From the NCBI GenBank assembly GCA_965242965.1, contig OZ251518.1, positions 2,528,001 to 2,592,000 on the forward strand: 64,000 nucleotides of DNA. Reading direction: 5' to 3'. The DNA comes from Candidatus Poribacteria bacterium. Its GTDB lineage: Bacteria; Poribacteria; WGA-4E; WGA-3G. Below the pieces are notes generated by a model. The model made no database searches and was not told the DNA's origin. It saw only the letters and a program-made list of their open reading frames with translations. Numbering within the stretch: the stretch's first letter is position 1; each line of letters begins with the position of its first letter. This document shows, piece after piece, positions 57,243 through 64,000 of this stretch. The translations under genes and the position numbers were made by a program.

Positions 57243-60200
57243 TTACTCCCGCTGCTTGACTTCGCCAAACGTCGTCAACGAACGATTCGCCGGCGATACG
57301 GGACCCGGTAAGTAACGCGTCCGCAACACCTCCGGCCGACCACCTAACGAAACCTCCTCGATCTGGTAATAATACTCGACCCCAGGTTTCGCAGAGGTAT
57401 CCGTGAACGTGTAAGTTTGACGTTCGCCTGTCGTGCCGGCACCGGCGATGAGAACAGGATTCAAAAGCGTGAAACCACTCTCGCGTTTCAGGCTGCGACG
57501 CAGATTGAAACCGGCATTGTCGACTTCAGACTCGGTTGTCCATGTGACCACAACGGGACCGGCATCGGTACGCGTGAGGGTGAAACTTGACAATTCCACG
57601 GGCAAGGCACCGCCTTGACGATACCCCGGTGTGCCGATGTCCTCGGCATGGCCGTAGTGCAACGATTCAACTTTGAATTTGTTGAAATGCGCCGCTAATG
57701 CCCAATTGGACTTCAACATCCCATCGCGTGCCACCGCGCCCTTATCGTAACGGCGGACGACCGAACTGCGCGCGCCATCCCGACGATTCGTGGGCCACAC
57801 CCAGACCGGCGCGTCATCGGTGCGACGATTGTCATCGATGTTGCCTACCTCGTCTATCTTCGTGCCGTTTCTGTCGGACAACTTCAGATAGAATCCCTCG
57901 CCGCTCAAGAAGGTATCGCGCGCGGTTTTGATGCGCAGATTTTTCTCGTGCAATTCGAGGAGATTGTAGACGCGATCTGCAGGGAAGACCTCTGCCGAGG
58001 AAGCGCGGGCATCGCCTGCGACAATCAAGAGGGTCTGATTCGGTTGAATCACTTTCTCTTGCAGCGTCAACGTGACGATAGGTCTGCCGACCAAGTCTCC
58101 CGAATTCCGATTCTGGATCTCCAACTGCCACCGATTCAGATTCAACGCCTCGGTTTTGGATTTGTTATACAACTCGATCCACTGCGGCAGGGTGCCACCC
58201 TCAGAATCAAACATGATTTCGCTGATAGTCACCGCACCTTTCGGCGTAGATGCCTCCGTTTTGACAGCACCATTCGGATAGCCCGGCGTGCCGGCAGTGG
58301 CGGCAGACTTGGAGACCTGCCTGTCATAGCCGATACCGGTAAATGCAGCTTCCGCCCAGGCATCTCGATGATACCCAATGAGATCCGCCTTCGCGCGCTG
58401 CCAGACTTTGCCGGAACTCAGCGCGTCTTCGGTGGCATCGCCGGGAGCCTCAAGCACCTGCAGGGGCCAGACATGCGTATCATAATCGCCTGTCTCGTCA
58501 CGGACAAATGCATCCGTATCACTGCCGCCGCCCCCGGCGACATCGATGAACGCCTCATCCAAACCCAGTTTCTCCTTTGCATTGCGGAGAATCAATAGGA
58601 ATTTGCCATCATCGGGCAGTGAGAGCCCTGCATCCACTAAAGAGGCATGCGATAACCCCTTATTTTCTCCGCCTGCGAGTGGTGTTTTGTCCGAAGGCAT
58701 GTTGGTAATGAGCAACAAACCGTTCGCCGGCACACTCACATCTGGGAAAACGATGAGGGACGTATCCTCTTTCTTGCCATCGGCGACAACAGATAACTCC
58801 CAGTCTTTCAGAGAGACATCTGAACCGCTGACATTGCGGAATTCTAGCCAGTCGTTTGTTGCATCACTGCCATTGCCGAGTTCGTTGAAGACGATGGGAG
58901 AACGCGGCACAGCCGATGCAACCGCCTTTGAGACAGTGTCATCCTGCGGAATGTAAACCACCGGGGTCACCGCCACATCAAACGTTCTCGTCGGCTCAGT
59001 GGACGAATCCGGGACAGGCGCAGGCTGACCTGCAGCCATCGCCGGATCAGCGGTACCACGACGCTCAAGTCCTGACGAAGACATCAACGTCGTCTCACGC
59101 GGAACAGCCAAACTGTTGATACTGGCGATATCCACGCTCACCGATGCTGCCGGCGGGTCGGTCGCTTGCAAAACATACGCAAACGGCACAATCGTTGAAC
59201 CCGAACGCTCCTCGCCTTTCTGCCACACGGCATGCCGGGCATTCGCGGCCTCTCGCGCGCCGAGATAGATTGTCACATACGGCGGATCTTCGCCTTCATA
59301 AGTCAATCCGTCCTGCGCAAACGGCACCTCAACGGTGATCTCGCTACCCGCAAGATACGCACCGCCTTCGGGTTCAACAACCTTAATCTCATCCGCAACT
59401 ACCTGCACCGTGTCTACCGGCACCGTGACAGTGTTCGATGCCAAATTGCCGAGCGGGTCAGAATAGTCGGCAAGCACCGTATCGGCGGGCACCTGGAACG
59501 TCATCTCCCCTTTAAAGCCGAGCGGGGGCACCACCGTCACCGGATACCGCAACCACGCATCCACCGCCTCGGGACGGTTCACCGTCACCGTGCTATCCCC
59601 AACATCTGCAGACAGCGCAGTTTGAAGTGCCGTGAACAGCTCTTCGTTCGCCAAATCATGAGACGCTGCGGTTTTCACATGCCCGGCTGCAGTGTAGTCC
59701 TCCTGGAACCGCAATGCCAACGTAAACGTCCCGGTTTGTGTCCCCGACGGCACGTCGACTATCTCTGTCATCGCGGCGACAGAGTCCTTCACTACCTCCG
59801 GATAGGCGATAGTGCCCTTGGCGGTAGTATCATACGTGGGCGGAAAGTAGTGAGGAAACTCTGTCCCCGGCTGCTTATAAAAACCCTCCGAGACAGTATA
59901 GTGCCGTACGCGACCACCTGATTCGGGTAGACCACCGAGGGCGAGGGTCGCCAACCCGTTATCAATCACTGGGAGGTAGTCAAGAAAACCGTCGCTGTTT
60001 CTGTCAAGGTCTGTCTTTTTGATTCGGTAATTCTGCCCGCCGCGTTTGTATACCCCACGTAACATAGGGTTACCCGCCTGCGCAGCCTCCGAAGCACTAT
60101 AGGCCAACCTGTGGCTACGATACTCCGTATTCTTGGGGGCGGTGCTCTCTGGGTAGGGGATGTAACCATTGTCTCCTGCACCCTCTATAAACCCAGACAC

Positions 60201-61789
60201 GTCCATAAACTCTGCCCATCGCTTCCCCAAGAGATCGGTATTAGCACCAAATGGCACGCCGAATCCAAACTCCCCAGAGTGTAGCCCTAGGATTTGATCG
60301 TATGTGTAACCGTAGGGGTAGTCTGTGAAGAACGCTAACTCAGCGTATTCGTAATTAGTACCGACAAGCGGACGGTATGGGACATTGAACGGGGCCACGG
60401 TATTGTCCTTCCTGGCCAACCACCCGCCCGGCAACAAGCCATTCAATGCATCTGCATTGGCCTTTGTCACCGTAAATTGGTAGACGATGGTATGGTAACC
60501 ATCCACACCGGCATGCCCCCAATCCGTAGCGGTAGCCGCAGAGTCGGCATTGAAGTGGTTTACGCGGCCATCCTGTGTCATCCGTTCCAGTGGATAATTG
60601 GGATTCAGTCTCCCGACATCCTTAATGCCCACGGCTGCAATTATCGTCCCGCCGGAGGCATCCCGGAAGAAATTGCGCGCCCAGATAGTGCCTGAATCGG
60701 GCCCCTTTTGACCGGACTTGAACCATAATGGCAAATCATTCACCGTCCACGGGACGGTACGGCGACCGGAGACGGGATTGAGTGGGTGGCCATCCAAGAG
60801 TGGCGGAAGCTGTTTAGGCTTTAGAGGCGGCGCAACATTACTCGCCGGATCATCACCAGGCGTAGGATTTATGAATTCCGTTACCGTTTCATAGTACCGA
60901 AGTTTGACGTTGATGGCAATGGCGACGATATCCCCGGGGACTACCCACGTATTTTCCGAGTCGGTGACAAGCCCCGTGTTGCCGGGTTTGTTCGGATCTT
61001 CTAGTAGGCCGCCGCTCATCGGATCGCTGGTACCCCCACCGGGATCGATATTAACCCAGAAGTAGGTATCCGCCTCGCTTGCCAGTTGAGTTTCGCCATC
61101 AATGAGCTTCTGATAGTCCTTCCAGAAGGATGGGAACAGCCGCGCGCGCCTGCTTTCAAAACCGGGCGGCGTAACAACATAATTCGTGTCAGTGCCTTTG
61201 TTATTGTGAAAATAGGTACCGACCTGCAGCTCTGCCATCGGCGTTTTCTTCGGATTTTTATAGACCCGTATCCACTGAATCTCAAAATAATCCGGCGGGC
61301 AAGCTGTCAACCCGCCACCAAAGAAGGCATCAATACCCATAGTATGGCGGTTGGGGCCGCCGTGTGTCGAATTCGCCGGCAGGTTAAACGTTGTCGTATG
61401 CAAGGTATGGACTGGCAAGGGCTGGCCCTGCCAATCCGCAGTGATGCTATCACTGCCATCAGAAGCGACATCGCCTGCCGTGTATGTGTCGTGGCTCTCT
61501 CCCGGCGGTGCAAGCACCGTCAGCACACCGAATGTGAGCAGTAGGCAGCCTATCAAAACGGGATGGATGCGCGCGGCGGACCGCGGGTGTCCCCCGTCCT
61601 TCTGCGCCTTCCTGCTAAGAACTGCAGGATTTAACGGTTTGTGAAGGGGGGGGGGTCAATTGGATGGAACGCGTCACCGGCGGGCGCATGCGCGCGGAAT
61701 CTTTGCAGCGGGTGCTGCAATAACGCGGTGACGGTAGGTTTCAGGCGGACAGCAATGCCCGCGAAAATGAGAGAGAATAGGATTCTCAT
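57243..61789 (-). CDS. Large exported protein with two lamin-tail-like domains and an Ig-like C-terminus; 5' end frameshifted at C10 (61646-61655)
   Basis: IVFNEL..DWLEFRN, VTISEIM..QWIELYN, GTPG, LPVELSSF..WTTESEVDNAGFN; AGAGGAG RBS at ATG 61789 joins the main ORF only with C8 or C11. Confidence 0.8.
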
Positions 61790-61899
61790 TAGTTTTTTCT
61801 CCTCTAAATTGATATGAAAATTGATCGAAAATTAAACACTGTCTTAATTATACCATTTTTTCACGTTTTTGTCAAATTAAAAATTGCAAATAAAAAAAT

Positions 61900-62293
61900 T
61901 GTAGTTCGGGATCGCCTGATCCCGAACGGGTCAAGGCAAGGCCGTCTCACCAACCGTAGCGCGGGGGACAGGCCCCCGCGATCGTTCGATCTGCGCGAAA
62001 AACGCACCGACCAAGGCTTTTCGTTCCGATCGCGGCATGGCGAGGGACAGGCCCTCGCCCTACGGTGAAACGGAGACAGCCTTGCAAACCGTAGCGCGGG
62101 GGCCTGTCCCCCGCGATCGCCCGATCTGCGCGAAAAACGCACGCAGACCCAGGCCGTTTCCCTTCCGATCGAGGCACGGCGAGGGACAGGCCCTCGCCCT
62201 ACGGTGACGACACTATAATCTTGCTAATCTTGTGAAATCTTGGAAATCCTGCTCAATCTTGGAAATCCTGCTCAATCTTGAAAATCCTGCTCA
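61900..62293. repeat. Mosaic repeat cluster
   Basis: GTAG palindromes, then three tandem 19-nt AATCTTGGAAATCCTGCTC-type units. Confidence 0.9.
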
Positions 62294-62347
62294 TCTCTTC
62301 CCGTTTTTCCCTTGACATCCACCCCAAAATCTGTTATCATAAATGAT

Positions 62348-63046
62348 ATGAACGCCGAACGCACCATCAACACCCTTTTAAATCAGATTCGGGATGAACT
62401 TCTCCCGCAGATTGCACGCGGACCGGAGATGCAGTCAGCTGAAAATCTACACCGATTTCGGAGCCGACTCCATAGTGTCCACTACGCCTGCATCCGCTCG
62501 CAGTTTCCACTCGCGCTGCGCACGCAAGTAGAAACGCTCCTCGCAACCAGTGCAGACCTGTGGAACCTCATCACCGAAAACGAGTTGACGCTAAAAAACC
62601 TGAAGGATTACACCCGCGTCCGCACGTTCTCCGCCGAAGCAGAGGGGCTCACCAACCTTGAGGAGCTCATCTCCGGTGAGGACAGCCTGCGCGATGTCAT
62701 GGTTAACGGCATCGCTTTCATGCTGAATTGGAAGGCGAATTCCATCTGGGTAGATTCCGCGAAGCGCGCACGCACCGTCATGGCGAAAAATTATACGCTG
62801 GAAATTCAGGACAGGATTTGGCAGTTCATCAAAGAGAGCACGGCGCAAACCAACGAAATGGACATCGCGCAAGCGGAGCAGGTCCGTGAACGCGCCGAAC
62901 GGTTCCTCGCTATAATTCACGCTAGCGATTTGCCTACGGAAGCACACGTCGGGCTGCTCATGCACATCTATGTGCTGTTGCTGCGGATGCAACTGGGGAG
63001 GCTCATTATTCAATTGGAAAATCTTCGGGATAACGGAAGCGGTTAA
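62348..63046 (+). CDS. Hypothetical all-helical protein
   Basis: 232-aa ORF; TTGACA-17-TATCAT promoter-like sequence ends 7 nt before the ATG. Confidence 0.7.
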   Translation: MNAERTINTLLNQIRDELLPQIARGPEMQSAENLHRFRSRLHSVHYACIRSQFPLALRTQVETLLATSADLWNLITENELTLKNLKDYTRVRTFSAEAEGLTNLEELISGEDSLRDVMVNGIAFMLNWKANSIWVDSAKRARTVMAKNYTLEIQDRIWQFIKESTAQTNEMDIAQAEQVRERAERFLAIIHASDLPTEAHVGLLMHIYVLLLRMQLGRLIIQLENLRDNGSG

Positions 63047-63225
63047 TGTCGCCCCCCTGGTCCGTAGCATGGCGAGGGACAGGCCCACGCCCTACGGAAA
63101 AGACGAGCATAGCGAGGGACAGGCCCTCGCCCTACGAAAAGACGAGACGGTTCCATTGGCAAGAGCAGGTGCTCTTGCCCTATAGATTCAACGGATTTTT
63201 ACGAAAAAGCAAAAATGGAGGAACG

Positions 63226-64000
63226 ATGCAAGAAAATCAGAAAGAACTTTTTGAAGCACTAGCCAACGTCATTGCCACGCTGCGGAGCGAAAACGGGTGT
63301 CCCTGGGACCGCGCCCAAACACACGAGACGCTCAAACCTACTCTCATTGAGGAAACCTACGAGGTTGTGGAAGCCATCGATGCCGCAGTGCCAGCGAAAC
63401 TGAAAGAGGAACTCGGAGATCTGCTCCTCAACGTCATGCTCCAAGCACAGATCGCGGCTGAGAGCCAGCATTTCACCATCGGGGATGTCATTCAAACCAT
63501 CACCGAGAAACTCATCCGCCGGCACCCGCACGTCTTCGGCGACGTTGAGGCTGACGATACCGAGACTGTCTTCAAAAATTGGGAGGAGATCAAACGGCAA
63601 GAGCGCGGTTACGAAGATAGACACTCCGTGCTTGACGGCGTGCCAGACGCGCTTCCTAGTTTGCAAAGGGCGCAGAAACTTCAGCGACGCGCCACCGGTG
63701 TCGGGTTTGATTGGGCAGAACTCGCCGATGTCATCGCCAAAGTTGACGAAGAAATCGGCGAGGTGAAGGCGAGTCTCAAGGCGAACGAACCGGACGCAAC
63801 CGAGATGGAACTCGGCGATCTGCTGTTCGCTGTCGTGAATCTCTGCCGATTTATGAACGTCCAAGCGGAAGAAGCGTTGCGGCAAGCGAACCGCAAATTC
63901 ACAGCACGCTTCAAATGGATGGAAGCAGAAATCGAACGCCGCGGGAAATCCTTCGCAGACTATGATCTCGCAGGACTTGACGCAATCTGGGAAGCCGCTA
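63226..64000 (+). CDS. mazG: Nucleoside triphosphate pyrophosphohydrolase MazG, partial (absent from the ORF track)
   Basis: GGAGG RBS; hand translation LRSENGCPWDRAQTHETL, EETYE, EELGDLL, RRHPHVF, GFDW, ELGDLLF; runs off the window end. Confidence 0.95.
   Translation, partial: MQENQKELFEALANVIATLRSENGCPWDRAQTHETLKPTLIEETYEVVEAIDAAVPAKLKEELGDLLLNVMLQAQIAAESQHFTIGDVIQTITEKLIRRHPHVFGDVEADDTETVFKNWEEIKRQERGYEDRHSVLDGVPDALPSLQRAQKLQRRATGVGFDWAELADVIAKVDEEIGEVKASLKANEPDATEMELGDLLFAVVNLCRFMNVQAEEALRQANRKFTARFKWMEAEIERRGKSFADYDLAGLDAIWEAA

Overview
64-kb bacterial chromosomal window. It is probably from Candidatus Poribacteria or a similar lineage; this is inferred from the PhyH paralogs, sulfatase, lamin-tail surface protein and dense repeats, and was not tested. 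The backbone is mostly minus-strand housekeeping genes: mtaB-rsmE-rpe, PASTA-fmt-lspA-ileS-like-yggT-proC-yggS-pgeF, tatAC, yebC-ruvCAB-queA-yajC, maf and mazG. Nearly every intergenic space holds mosaics of GTAG-led palindromic REP-like units. Some mosaics are bracketed by a 14-bp terminal inverted repeat, and some units sit in frame inside genes. Most notable: (1) an intact 873-aa IleRS homolog at the ileS-lspA position that has lost HIGH, KMSKS and editing motifs and gained an N-terminal AT-hook-like motif; (2) a secreted two-domain peroxiredoxin split into three ORFs by two in-frame UGA codons at the peroxidatic positions, each followed by a SECIS-like hairpin; (3) two tandem methyltransferase-endonuclease genes with different specificity segments, both frameshifted at an equivalent G8 tract, and a large surface protein frameshifted at a C10 tract (possible phase variation); (4) a ZorA/ZorB-like motor pair followed by a zinc-ribbon/beta-propeller gene instead of ZorC/D/E. 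No rRNA, tRNA, CRISPR array or transposase was recognised. All family calls come from reading motifs by eye, without database searches.
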